64,000 nt of DNA from Candidatus Nealsonbacteria bacterium. Its GTDB lineage: Bacteria; Patescibacteriota; Minisyncoccia; Minisyncoccales; PWPS01. A program made the translations under genes and the position numbers. Shown here in pieces: positions 9,931 through 18,689 of this stretch (position 1 is its first letter; each line of letters begins with the position of its first letter). The notes below the pieces were generated by a model that was not told the DNA's origin, made no database searches, and saw only the letters and a program-made list of their open reading frames with translations. The stretch covers positions 96,210 to 160,209 of the forward strand of contig PWHW01000002.1 in NCBI GenBank assembly GCA_003555075.1, in the 5' to 3' direction.

Positions 9931-11154
9931 ATGAAAAGTATGAAAAGAAAAAGCATTATTATTTTAATTATTTTTCTTTTTGTAGCTTTGGTGGGACTTA
10001 TAGGTTTCAAAGGAACAATGGAAGAAATGAGCAAGGAAAGAGAGGAAATTACGAGGAATTATCTTGAAAAAGAGGTGGCTGATACGACATACGGAGGAGA
10101 AGTTTTTGCTGAGTTTCACACGTTTATGGTTAAAAGCAATAGAGCTTATATCTGGTCTTATACTTCCGAATACTACGAGGATGATGGGAGTGTATATCAG
10201 GGGCGTGCTAGTTCCGGACCGAGAATTATCTATTTTTCAAACGAGAAAGAACCGGTAGATCACTTTCGTCCGGGGCATGGATCTTATTACTCAGAGTCGA
10301 TAAAAGAGAAGTTTCCTTTCTACCTTCATAATAAGGTTTTAAGTTTTCCGTCCGAATCGGGAGAAGTCATTCAAAATTTAAAAGAAAAGATTGAATACAG
10401 GGCGGAGAAGTATTTTGATAAAAAAATTAGAGATCGGGAGGAAGTAGCATCAAAGAAACAGATACAAAAAGTTTACGAAGAAAAAGATCCCGAATATTGG
10501 GGGGAGATGGTTCCGGGAGTAATAAAAAGAATTGATACCGAAGAAAAAGTGGTCGCGCTTACCCTAGATGCTTGTGATGGCGATTATGATAGAGAGCTTA
10601 TAGCTCATTTAAGGAAAGAAGATATTCCCGCTACTTTGTTCATTGCATCTCCTTGGATTGAGAATAATGAAAAAGAACTTGAAGCTTTAGCCGATGACCC
10701 ACTTTTTTATATAGCGGGACACGGAAAGGATCATCTACCTCTTTCCGTGGAAGGAAAAGAAGCTTATGGAGAAAAAGGAACAGGAGGCGTAAAAGAAGTA
10801 ATGGAGGAAATTGTTTATAATAGCCGGGATATTGAGGAAGTAACAGGAAAGGAACCTTCCTACTTTCGATCGGGAACTGCTCATTATGACGAGGTTGCGG
10901 TAAGCATTGCAAATTCGTTAAATAAAAAGGTTATAGGTTTTACAGTTGCAGCAGATGGAGGAACGACATTCAGTAAAGAAGAGATAAAGGAAGCAGTTCT
11001 TGGAACAGGTCCGGGAGGAATAATTTTGGCGCATATGAACCACCCGAACTCGGAAATTGCAAAAGGATTGATAGAAGGAATAATTTCGCTCAGAGAAGAG
11101 GGTTATCGTTTTATCCATCTCAAAGAGTATGAAGATAAATTTTATGAGCTTTAG
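9931..11154 (+). CDS. membrane-anchored polysaccharide deacetylase (NodB homology) family protein
   Basis: N-terminal TM 'SIIILIIFLFVALVGLIGF'. The catalytic-domain motif 'LTLDACDGDYD' resembles TFDDG, and His-containing motifs 'IAGHGKDH' and 'ILAHMNH' are present. The start was moved downstream of tRNA-Trp to ATG 9931. Confidence 0.6.
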   Translation: MKSMKRKSIIILIIFLFVALVGLIGFKGTMEEMSKEREEITRNYLEKEVADTTYGGEVFAEFHTFMVKSNRAYIWSYTSEYYEDDGSVYQGRASSGPRIIYFSNEKEPVDHFRPGHGSYYSESIKEKFPFYLHNKVLSFPSESGEVIQNLKEKIEYRAEKYFDKKIRDREEVASKKQIQKVYEEKDPEYWGEMVPGVIKRIDTEEKVVALTLDACDGDYDRELIAHLRKEDIPATLFIASPWIENNEKELEALADDPLFYIAGHGKDHLPLSVEGKEAYGEKGTGGVKEVMEEIVYNSRDIEEVTGKEPSYFRSGTAHYDEVAVSIANSLNKKVIGFTVAADGGTTFSKEEIKEAVLGTGPGGIILAHMNHPNSEIAKGLIEGIISLREEGYRFIHLKEYEDKFYEL

Positions 11155-11247
11155 CGATCAGACTAACAAAGAGGCGATTTCATGCTATACATGATCCACA
11201 AATTTTTATGATAAAATAATTTAAGATTATTCTTAAGAAGAAATAAA

Positions 11248-12024
11248 ATGAAAAAAAAGAATTACATAATCATTGTTATTGTTTTACTTGTGATCTTTGG
11301 AGGAGTCATTTTTTTCTTGCAAAGAGATAGTGGGGATAGAGCTGTTGCGGCACCTTCGGACATAACAACAAAGGAAGATTGTGTGGAAGACGGATTTTAT
11401 TGGTATGGCGAGGCTTGTCATGCAACTCCCCAAGAGGAGGGCGATTGGTCTTGCGGAAAAAGATTCAAAGATGAGAGGGACGGAAGCACTTATTCCACCA
11501 TTGAGATAGGAGATCAATGCTGGATGGCGGAGAATATCAATTATAAGGACCATGATAAGGGAGAGAGTTGGTGCTATGAGGACGAAGAAGAAATGTGTGA
11601 AAAATATGGGAGACTGTATGATTGGGATGCGGCAATGAGCGTGTGTCCTCCGGGATGGAAATTACCATCCGATGATGATTGGAAAAAATTAGAGGGATAT
11701 GTTGATTCTACTTATGATTACGAAAATGAAGAATGGGATCAGAGGGGTTATAGGGGAGATGATGCGGGAGATCTTATAAAAGATCCGGATCATGAATGGT
11801 GTGATTCTGATTCGTGCGGAGGATTCGGTTTTAATGCCTTTCCTGCCGGGGATCGTATGATTGACGGAGAATTTAGGGATTTAGGTGATTTCAGTTCTTG
11901 GTGGACTTCCGATGAAGACAGGTTGGATGCCTGGAATCGGGTCATAGACCGTGATCATCCCTCTGTCAATCGCCATTCTATTAGCAAAGAATTCGGTATA
12001 TCAGTGAGATGTGTTGTGGAATAA
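11248..12024 (+). CDS. FISUMP-domain (Fibrobacter succinogenes major paralogous domain, TIGR02145-like) secreted protein
   Basis: Signal/TM segment followed by 'GSTYSTIEIGDQCWMAENINY...YGRLYDWDAAMSVCPPGWKLPSDDDWKKLEGYV...GFNAFPAGDR', the characteristic FISUMP pattern. Confidence 0.7.
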   Translation: MKKKNYIIIVIVLLVIFGGVIFFLQRDSGDRAVAAPSDITTKEDCVEDGFYWYGEACHATPQEEGDWSCGKRFKDERDGSTYSTIEIGDQCWMAENINYKDHDKGESWCYEDEEEMCEKYGRLYDWDAAMSVCPPGWKLPSDDDWKKLEGYVDSTYDYENEEWDQRGYRGDDAGDLIKDPDHEWCDSDSCGGFGFNAFPAGDRMIDGEFRDLGDFSSWWTSDEDRLDAWNRVIDRDHPSVNRHSISKEFGISVRCVVE

Positions 12025-12362
12025 AAGGAAAAAAAGAAAATGTTCTTAAACAAAATCAAAAGTTCTTTAAAGTAAAATAATTGGAAAGGAGTGAGTAAGA
12101 GCTGATCAAAAAAAGAGCGAAGAGCGTTATTTTTTTAAAAGACAAGGAGCTTGAAGAGATTGATGATAAAAAAATTTTTATCTTTGCCGGGAAAGGTTTT
12201 GTCTTTATCCTATCGGAGGGAGAAATAAAAAAAATAGAAAGAAAGATAAATATAGATCTTACCGGGAAAGAAAGAAGAAAAGCACTTAGAATGTTTTTTA
12301 GCAGAGCAGGGGAGTCTTCTGTAAAGAAAAATAAGATAAGAATTCCTTCCAATATTTTAAGA

Positions 12363-12386
12363 AAAGCCCTTTTATAGGGCTTTTTT
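12363..12386 (+). terminator. rho-independent terminator-like hairpin closing a 340-nt non-coding stretch
   Basis: AAAAGCCC-TTTTATA-GGGCTTTTTT. There is no convincing ORF in 12025-12362. Confidence 0.45.
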
Positions 12387-12396
12387 GATTAAGGGC

Positions 12397-12425
12397 TTGA
12401 CAGATTATAATTATGGGTATATATT
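12397..12425 (+). promoter_or_regulatory. sigma70-like promoter
   Basis: TTGACA-N17-TATATT upstream of the DUF5320 gene. Confidence 0.45.
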
Positions 12426-12465
12426 TATAACAGAAAGGTCGTTTTATAAATCAAAAAATTTTACT

Positions 12466-12702
12466 ATGCCTAAATTTGATGGAACAGGCCCTTTAGGATA
12501 TGGCCCCATGACAGGAAGAGGAATGGGTCCTTGCCGCTTCGGAACCGGAGGAGGATTTGGATGGGGATATGGTAGAGGATTTGAAAGAAGGTTCTTTACA
12601 AGAAAAGAAGAAAAGGAAGAATTGGAAGAAGAAATGAAAGATCTGGAAAAAGAACTTGAAGCAGTAAAAGAAAGACTGCAAGAACTTGAGGGTCAAAAAT
12701 AA
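12466..12702 (+). CDS. DUF5320-like small protein (Gly/Pro-rich N-terminus, C-terminal coiled coil)
   Basis: 'MPKFDGTGPLGYGPMTGRGMGPCRFGTGGGFGWGYGRG' followed by 'EELEEEMKDLEKELEAVKERLQELEGQK'. ATG 12466 is internal to the ORF-track ORF 12385..12702. Confidence 0.6.
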   Translation: MPKFDGTGPLGYGPMTGRGMGPCRFGTGGGFGWGYGRGFERRFFTRKEEKEELEEEMKDLEKELEAVKERLQELEGQK

Positions 12703-12756
12703 AAGAAGGCCGGAGAGACCGCTCCGCATGATGCGGGGCGGTGCGACCTTCTTTAT
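12703..12756 (+). terminator. rho-independent terminator (long hairpin)
   Basis: GAAGG...CCGCTCCGCAT-GATGCGGGGCGG...CCTTC followed by TTTAT. Confidence 0.55.
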
Positions 12757-12785
12757 AAATTAAGAATTATCATAAAAAAAGGATT

Positions 12786-13061
12786 ATGCCAAGACCCAGA
12801 GGGTGCCGAAGAATTAATTTTGATCCAAGAGTATATTATTTCAAACCGCAAGGAATTCCCTTGAGAAGGTTAAAAGAGATACTTTTGAGAGCGGAGGAAG
12901 TGGAGGCCTTGAGATTAAAGAATGTTAAGGGGTTGGACCAGGTTGAGTGTGCAAAAAGGATGGATACTTCTCAGAGCACTTTTCAGAGAATTCTTAAGTC
13001 TGCGCATGAGAAGGTTTCCAGAGCTATTATTGAGGGCAAAGCAATAAAAATAACAAGATAA
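12786..13061 (+). CDS. DUF134/UPF0251-family predicted DNA-binding protein
   Basis: 'MPRPRGCRRINFDPRVYYFKPQGIP' N-terminal signature plus an HTH-like 'LDQVECAKRMDTSQSTFQRILKSA'. Confidence 0.65.
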   Translation: MPRPRGCRRINFDPRVYYFKPQGIPLRRLKEILLRAEEVEALRLKNVKGLDQVECAKRMDTSQSTFQRILKSAHEKVSRAIIEGKAIKITR

Positions 13062-13097
13062 GCATCAAAGAGGGGTGAGGGGTGAGGGGTGAGATGA
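13062..13097. repeat. 3x GAGGGGT tandem repeat plus inverted repeat between convergent genes
   Basis: gaggggtgaggggtgaggggtgag followed by GAGATGA...TCATCTC. Confidence 0.4.
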
Positions 13098-14615
13098 TCA
13101 TTCCCTCATCTCTTTTTGTATTGCTGATTTTATGTGTTTTTTTGCAGTAGTGGTCTTAGCGTATTCAAGCCACTTCTTTTTGGGACGACTGTTTTTGTTT
13201 GTGATTATCTCAACAATATCTCCATTCTCTAACTGAGTGTCCAGGGAAACGAGCTTTCCGTTCACTTTGGCACCGCTTGTTCCGTTTCCCACTTCCGAAT
13301 GAATGCTGTAAGCAAAATCTATTGTAGTGGATCCAATAGGAAGATCGATGACATCTCCTTTTGGCGTGAAAACAAATATTCTTTGCTGAAAGAAGTCGTC
13401 ATTCAATTCTTCTTCAAAATTTTCCCTACTTTCTTCACTGGATTGATACTCGACCAATTCTTTTATCCATTTTGGTACATCTTCGTAAGTGACCTGACTC
13501 TCATGTTTATTCTCTTCTGTAGAACTGAAGGGAAGCAGTCTTTTTATCCAATTAAAACTATTCCCGGATCCATTTTTCTTTCCTTCTTTATAAGATACGT
13601 GTGATGCGATTCCATATTCTGCCTCTTGGTGCATTTTCCTTGTTTTTATTTGTATTTCTACAACATTTCCGTATCCCGTGAATATGGTGGTGTGAAGTGC
13701 TTGATAGCCGTTCGGTTTTGGAAATGCGATATAGTCTTTTATTCTTCCGGGAAGAGGTCTCCAGGTTCCGTGCACTATTCCGAGTACCTTATAACACTCA
13801 TCCACATTTGTTAGCATGATCCTTAGTGCGGAGATATCATAAACCTTTTCTATATTCCAATCCTTTCTCAGGAGTTTATTGTAGAGACTGTAGAGAGTCT
13901 TCATTCTGTAATCAAGCGTGAAATTTGTTATGCCATGCTTTGCAAGAGTTTTCCTTACCGATTTCTGAAATTTTTCCAATTTCTTATCGTCTTCTTTCCT
14001 TTTTTCTTTTAAAAGATTTTTCGTTTCTTCATACTCTTTCGGGTAAACATAAAAGAATGATACGTCTTCCAGGTCCCTACTTAACTTACGTATTCCCAGC
14101 CTGTAGGCTATGGGAACGTATATTTTCAGGGTTTCTTTTGCTATGCGATAGCGCTTGTGCTCCGGGACATGATCAAGAGTTCTCATGTTATGAAGCCTGT
14201 CTGCCAGCTTTATGATAATTACTCTGATATCCTGCGATACGGCCACAAAAAGCTTTCTAAGGCTTTCGTTATGTCTTTCAGCACCTCGGTACTTTACTTT
14301 TCCGAGTTTTGTAACCCCCCTTACAAGAAAGAGTATTTCTTCTCCGAAATTTTCTTTTATCTTTTCCTCACTGACATTTCCATCTTCCAATGTATCATGC
14401 AAAAGTCCCGCGGATATTACTATCGGACTCATTTTTAGGTCTGCCAATATTTTTGCTGTTTCATAAGGATGCACAAAATATGGTTCCCCTGAAAATCTTT
14501 TTTGTTCTTTGTGTGCTTCTTTTGCAAAAGTAAATGCTTTGGAGATCAACTCCGTTTCCTCTTTTGAAATGGGGTCTGCTAGACTAAGTATTTCCTTGAT
14601 ATTATCCATATGCAT
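13098..14615 (-). CDS. rel: bifunctional (p)ppGpp synthetase/hydrolase, short Rel/SpoT lacking the C-terminal ACT/RRM region
   Basis: HD hydrolase ('HDTLEDG'), synthetase domain ('DISALRIMLTNVDECYKVLGIVH...YQALHTTIF') and a TGS domain ('RIFVFTPKGDVIDLPIGSTTIDFAYSIHSEVG'). The start was moved to ATG 14615 ('MHMDNIKE'). Confidence 0.85.
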   Translation of the reverse strand: MHMDNIKEILSLADPISKEETELISKAFTFAKEAHKEQKRFSGEPYFVHPYETAKILADLKMSPIVISAGLLHDTLEDGNVSEEKIKENFGEEILFLVRGVTKLGKVKYRGAERHNESLRKLFVAVSQDIRVIIIKLADRLHNMRTLDHVPEHKRYRIAKETLKIYVPIAYRLGIRKLSRDLEDVSFFYVYPKEYEETKNLLKEKRKEDDKKLEKFQKSVRKTLAKHGITNFTLDYRMKTLYSLYNKLLRKDWNIEKVYDISALRIMLTNVDECYKVLGIVHGTWRPLPGRIKDYIAFPKPNGYQALHTTIFTGYGNVVEIQIKTRKMHQEAEYGIASHVSYKEGKKNGSGNSFNWIKRLLPFSSTEENKHESQVTYEDVPKWIKELVEYQSSEESRENFEEELNDDFFQQRIFVFTPKGDVIDLPIGSTTIDFAYSIHSEVGNGTSGAKVNGKLVSLDTQLENGDIVEIITNKNSRPKKKWLEYAKTTTAKKHIKSAIQKEMRE

Positions 14616-14733
14616 AAGTCTAATATACGGAAGAAAAACTAACAACCTTGAAAATGGTTTATAAAAATAGCAAATTCGGTTATAATAAACCGGATACGAT
14701 AAGGTGTTTTGCAATTTATTAGCTACTAAAAAA

Positions 14734-15243
14734 ATGACAAAGGAAGAAGCGGTAAAGTATTACAACCCTGTTTTGCGCAGAAAAGCGCAAAGTGTTGCAT
14801 TGGATGAAGAGTCAAAAAAAACAATAGAACGGATGAAGAAAGTTCTTAAAGAGGAAGATGGGGTGGGCCTTGCAGCTCCTCAAATAGGGGAGTCAAAAAA
14901 GATCATTGTCATTAATGCGGAAGATGGTATGTTTGCTCTTTTAAACCCCGAGATAAAAGAGAAGAGTAAAGAAAGTTTTACTACCAAGGAAGGATGCCTC
15001 AGTATTCCCGGTATTTGGCTTGATATTGCAAGATCCAAGAAGGTAAGAGTAAGAGCTTTAAACGAGGAAGGGAGAGAAATGGAAATAGAGGGTGAGGATA
15101 TTTTTGCAGTGGTCCTGCAACATGAAATAGATCATTTGCACGGCAAGCTTTTTATAGACAGGGCAGGCACTCTGGTAAAATGGAGATCTTTGGTCAAATA
15201 TTATTTTAAAAAATATTTTGGAAATAAGTGGGAAAGTATATGA
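14734..15243 (+). CDS. def: peptide deformylase
   Basis: Motifs 'GVGLAAPQIG', 'EGCLSIPG' and 'HEIDHLHG'. Confidence 0.9.
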   Translation: MTKEEAVKYYNPVLRRKAQSVALDEESKKTIERMKKVLKEEDGVGLAAPQIGESKKIIVINAEDGMFALLNPEIKEKSKESFTTKEGCLSIPGIWLDIARSKKVRVRALNEEGREMEIEGEDIFAVVLQHEIDHLHGKLFIDRAGTLVKWRSLVKYYFKKYFGNKWESI

Positions 15244-15872
15244 CGGAAATTGCTCACAAATTGAAAGAAAAAGGTTTTTGCAAAAGAAATGATATTTATA
15301 ATGCCTTTTTAAGGATAGACCGCAAAGATTTTGTTCCTCGGGAGGCCGAGATCTACTGCTATGAGGATGTGCCTCTTTCTATTGGATACGGACAGACCAT
15401 CTCTCAACCGTCAGTAGTCGCTTTTATGATTGACAAGCTATCCCCTAAAAAAGGAGATGTTGTTCTGGATATTGGGTGTGGTTCGGGATGGACTACGGCA
15501 CTTCTTGCAGACATCGTTGGAGAGAACGGAAAGGTTATTGGGATAGAAAGAGATCTTCATTTGAAGAAGTTTGGAGAAACGAATATCAGGAAATACAATT
15601 TTATAGAGAAGGGGAGAGTTGAGATTTTGCACGGAGATGGATACAAAGGGCTTCCGGAAAAGGCACCTTATAATGGAATATTGGTCTCTGCTGCTCTTTC
15701 GAGTAAAAAATTTATGCCCTCTTCTTGGAAAGATCAATTAAAAGAAGAAGGAACAATAGTGGTTCCCATAGAGAATTCCATTTATAGATTCTTCAAAAAA
15801 GAAGGAGAACTACTGGAGGAAGAGTTTTTTGGTTTTCGATTTGTTCCTCTTGTAAAAGATAATGATGAATAG
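15240..15872 (+). CDS. pcm: protein-L-isoaspartate O-methyltransferase
   Basis: SAM-binding 'VLDIGCGSGWTTALLA' and the PIMT motif 'SQPSVVAFM'. The ATGA start overlaps the def stop. Confidence 0.85.
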   Translation: MTEIAHKLKEKGFCKRNDIYNAFLRIDRKDFVPREAEIYCYEDVPLSIGYGQTISQPSVVAFMIDKLSPKKGDVVLDIGCGSGWTTALLADIVGENGKVIGIERDLHLKKFGETNIRKYNFIEKGRVEILHGDGYKGLPEKAPYNGILVSAALSSKKFMPSSWKDQLKEEGTIVVPIENSIYRFFKKEGELLEEEFFGFRFVPLVKDNDE

Positions 15873-16917
15873 AAAAATATTTACGGGAATTATACTTATC
15901 TTGTTACTTGTTTTAATCACTGCCGGTGGTTTGCTTTTTATTGAGATCACTACTCCAAAATGGAGCCTCGAGGAAAAAGAAACCATTTTTAAAGTGGAGA
16001 GAGGGAAGAGTTTTCCCGAGGTTGCCGAGAAACTAAAGAATGAGGGAATAATAGGGAGCGATCTTGCATTCAATGTTTATGTGATTTTTTCAGGGAAAAG
16101 AGGAACATTCAAGGCAGGAGATTATAAACTTGGTGATGATATGAGCATAATTGATATTGCGGAGAAATTTTCAGAAGGCGATGTTTTTTTTGAGAGCATT
16201 ACCATACCGGAAGGGTGGTCCATAAGAGATATTTCTCGTCTTGTTGAGAGAGAAAATTTTTATAAAAAGGAGAGTTTTTTGGATGTGGCGGGAATTTCTT
16301 TTCCGCAAGCGGAGCTCGAAGGGGTCCATGAAAGAGAAGGAAAACATTTCGAGGAATTTGAAATATTAAGGGACAGGCCGAAAGGATCCTCGCTTGAAGG
16401 GTATCTTTTTCCTGACACTTATAGGATTGAGAATGGTGATCCGGAAAAGCTTGTAAAAAGGATGATTGCTAACCTGGAAAGAAGGTTTTCCGATGATTTT
16501 TTTGAGGCAGCAAAAGAAAAGGAGAGAAGTGTTCATGAAATTATTATCATGGCTTCCCTTATCGAGAAAGAGGTAATTGACTTTGAAGAGAAAAGAAAGG
16601 TGTCGGATGTTCTATGGAGAAGGATTGAGGTCGGGAAACCTTTGCAGGTTGATGCTACCGTCAACTACGTTACGGGGAGGAGAGATGTCGGTGTTACAAT
16701 AGAAGAAACCAGGGTTGATTCTCCATATAATACCTATAAATATAAAGGACTCCCCGAAGGACCAATATGCAATCCCGGTATTGAAAGTATAGAAGCGGCC
16801 CTTTATCCGTTCGAGAATGATTATTGGTATTATTTATCCAGGCAAGATACGGGAGAGACCATTTTTAGCCGAACTCACGATGAACATGTTAAAGCAAAGA
16901 ATAAATATTTAAGATAA
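15862..16917 (+). CDS. mltG: endolytic murein transglycosylase MltG (YceG-like)
   Basis: N-terminal TM and YceG signature 'DATVNYV...YNTYKYKGLPEGPICNPG'. Confidence 0.8.
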   Translation: MMNRKIFTGIILILLLVLITAGGLLFIEITTPKWSLEEKETIFKVERGKSFPEVAEKLKNEGIIGSDLAFNVYVIFSGKRGTFKAGDYKLGDDMSIIDIAEKFSEGDVFFESITIPEGWSIRDISRLVERENFYKKESFLDVAGISFPQAELEGVHEREGKHFEEFEILRDRPKGSSLEGYLFPDTYRIENGDPEKLVKRMIANLERRFSDDFFEAAKEKERSVHEIIIMASLIEKEVIDFEEKRKVSDVLWRRIEVGKPLQVDATVNYVTGRRDVGVTIEETRVDSPYNTYKYKGLPEGPICNPGIESIEAALYPFENDYWYYLSRQDTGETIFSRTHDEHVKAKNKYLR

Positions 16918-16928
16918 TTTTTAATGAC

Positions 16929-17465
16929 ATGGGAAAGCTTATTACATTGATCATCGCTTCCAAAGATTTTAGAGATGAGGAATATTTCATACCCAAAGAG
17001 GTTTTTGAAAAAGAAGGGTTTAAGGTAGAGACAGTTAGCGATAAAAGGGGGGTGAGCATTGGAGTGTATGGGGGAGAGGCAAAGGCGGAACTCAGCCTGA
17101 AGGAGGTTGAAGCTGAGAGAAGCGGCGCGATAGTTTTCGTCGGGGGGCCGGGGGCGTTAAAATTTCTGGATAATGAACATTCTTATAAGATAGTAAATAA
17201 GGCAAAAGATGAAGGAAAAGTACTGGGGGGTATATGCGTTTCCCCTGTAATATTGGCAAATTCCGGAGCTATCGAAGGAAAAGAAGCTACTGTTTATTCT
17301 TCCAGCATGGAAAAAACTCCCGTTAAAACACTAAAAGAAAAAGGAGTTTTTTATAAAGAGAAAGAGTTGGTAGTTGACAATAAGGTTGTTACTGCAAACG
17401 GTCCTGAAGCAGCAGAGGAATTTGCAAGGGCTATAATAAAGTTAATGAAAGACTCGGGCAGTTGA
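16929..17465 (+). CDS. DJ-1/PfpI family protein
   Basis: 'KVLGGICVSPVILANSG' nucleophile-elbow Cys in a 178-aa DJ-1-like fold. Confidence 0.75.
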   Translation: MGKLITLIIASKDFRDEEYFIPKEVFEKEGFKVETVSDKRGVSIGVYGGEAKAELSLKEVEAERSGAIVFVGGPGALKFLDNEHSYKIVNKAKDEGKVLGGICVSPVILANSGAIEGKEATVYSSSMEKTPVKTLKEKGVFYKEKELVVDNKVVTANGPEAAEEFARAIIKLMKDSGS

Positions 17466-17622
17466 CAAAAAGATAAAGAAAGTTATAATTGCACTACCAT
17501 ACGATCAAATAGAAATCCGTAGACAGCAGGGACGTAAAGTTTAAAGATCCTGCCGAGGAGATCATCTCTAGCTTTTAGATTTGTTTCCAGCTGTCTGCGT
17601 AAAATTAACGCAGTTTTTTATT
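17466..17622 (+). promoter_or_regulatory. structured 5' leader upstream of rplJ (candidate L10 autoregulatory leader)
   Basis: A 157-nt untranslated region contains the long-range complementarity CGTAGACAGC...GCTGTCTGCG. Confidence 0.35.
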
Positions 17623-18138
17623 ATGGGCACTGTCACCAAAGAAAAGAAAAAAGAAATAATAGAGGATATCCGGAGAATGGCTGCGGATAATGATGGGATA
17701 TTCTTTATAAATTTCAAGGGAGTGAAGGGAGAAGAGATGAGATCCCTCAGGGGTGATATTAAAAAGGGGGAGGCAAGAATAATTGTAGCAAGAAAGACTC
17801 TTGCGAAAATAGCCTTTGAAAAAGAGGGGGTGGAATTTGACCCACTCTCACTTGAAGGAGAAGCAGGGTTTGTGTTTGGAATTCAAGATGGTATTGAGAC
17901 TGCAAAGATTCTTCGCAAGTTCGATAAAGAAGAAACGATCACCATTCTTGGTGGAGTTTATGATGGTAAAGTATTAAGTGCTGAAGAAGTAAGAAGTGTT
18001 GCTGAACTTCCTACGAGGGAAGAACTTCTCTCAAAGTTTTTGGGAACTTTATCTGCTCCCATGGGAGGGTTTGTCAATGCTCTTCAAGGCAATATAAAAG
18101 GTCTTGTAAGTGTTTTGGATCAAAAAGCAAAAGCATAA
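17623..18138 (+). CDS. rplJ: 50S ribosomal protein L10
   Basis: 172 aa 'MGTVTKEKKKEIIEDIRRMAADNDGIFFINFKGV' with an L10-like C-terminal helix. The ORF-track start 17581 was trimmed to ATG 17623. Confidence 0.85.
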   Translation: MGTVTKEKKKEIIEDIRRMAADNDGIFFINFKGVKGEEMRSLRGDIKKGEARIIVARKTLAKIAFEKEGVEFDPLSLEGEAGFVFGIQDGIETAKILRKFDKEETITILGGVYDGKVLSAEEVRSVAELPTREELLSKFLGTLSAPMGGFVNALQGNIKGLVSVLDQKAKA

Positions 18139-18170
18139 AAGTATAATAAAAATTAATAAAAAGATAATAT

Positions 18171-18680
18171 ATGGCTGAAGAAAAAAAACAACAAACAAAG
18201 AAGGAAGCCGAAGCAAAAGAAGAGCAAAAGAATGATTCAGCTCAAGAAGAAAATAAAGGTGCTTCAGAGGAAAAAACAGAAGTTCCTGAAAAGTTCAAGG
18301 AATTAGTGGAGAAGATAGAGAATCTTTCCGTGTTAGAGCTTTCTGAGCTTGTAAAGATTCTGGAAGATAGGTTTGGTGTATCTGCTGCTGCTCCCGTTGC
18401 TGCTGCTCCTGCGGCAGGCGCTGCTCCCGCGGAAGGAGGAGAAGAGGGAGGAGAAGAGAAAAGTGAGTATAATGTTGAAATAAAGGATGCAGGAGAAAAG
18501 AAGATAGAAGTAATTAAGGCTGTAAGAACCATTACGGAAAAAGGACTCAAGGAAGCAAAGGAATTGGTTGATTCTGTGGCCAGCGAACCTCAAGTGATAA
18601 AAGAGGGAGTTCCCACTGAAGAGGCCAAAGAAGCCAAGAAGGCTCTTGAAGATGCCGGAGCGACAGTAGAGCTCAAGTAA
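18171..18680 (+). CDS. rplL: 50S ribosomal protein L7/L12, with a ~39-aa K/E-rich N-terminal extension if the annotated ATG is used
   Basis: NTD '[29 protein letters not shown]', an Ala/Pro hinge, and CTD '[25 protein letters not shown]...GATVELK'. An in-frame GTG preceded by AAGGAA is an alternative start. Confidence 0.85.
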   Translation: MAEEKKQQTKKEAEAKEEQKNDSAQEENKGASEEKTEVPEKFKELVEKIENLSVLELSELVKILEDRFGVSAAAPVAAAPAAGAAPAEGGEEGGEEKSEYNVEIKDAGEKKIEVIKAVRTITEKGLKEAKELVDSVASEPQVIKEGVPTEEAKEAKKALEDAGATVELK

Positions 18681-18689
18681 TTTATAGAG

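Noticed and set aside
12056-12352. Minus-strand 98-aa ORF in the FISUMP-DUF5320 intergenic region.
   Set aside because: The translation is low-complexity (FFF/SSS/ILL runs) with no RBS. Treated as non-coding.
12100-12376. Apparent MraZ/AbrB-like peptide '...VKKNKIRIPSNILRKALL' on the plus strand.
   Set aside because: It arose from mixing reading frames. The in-frame ORF is only ~40 codons with no start codon.
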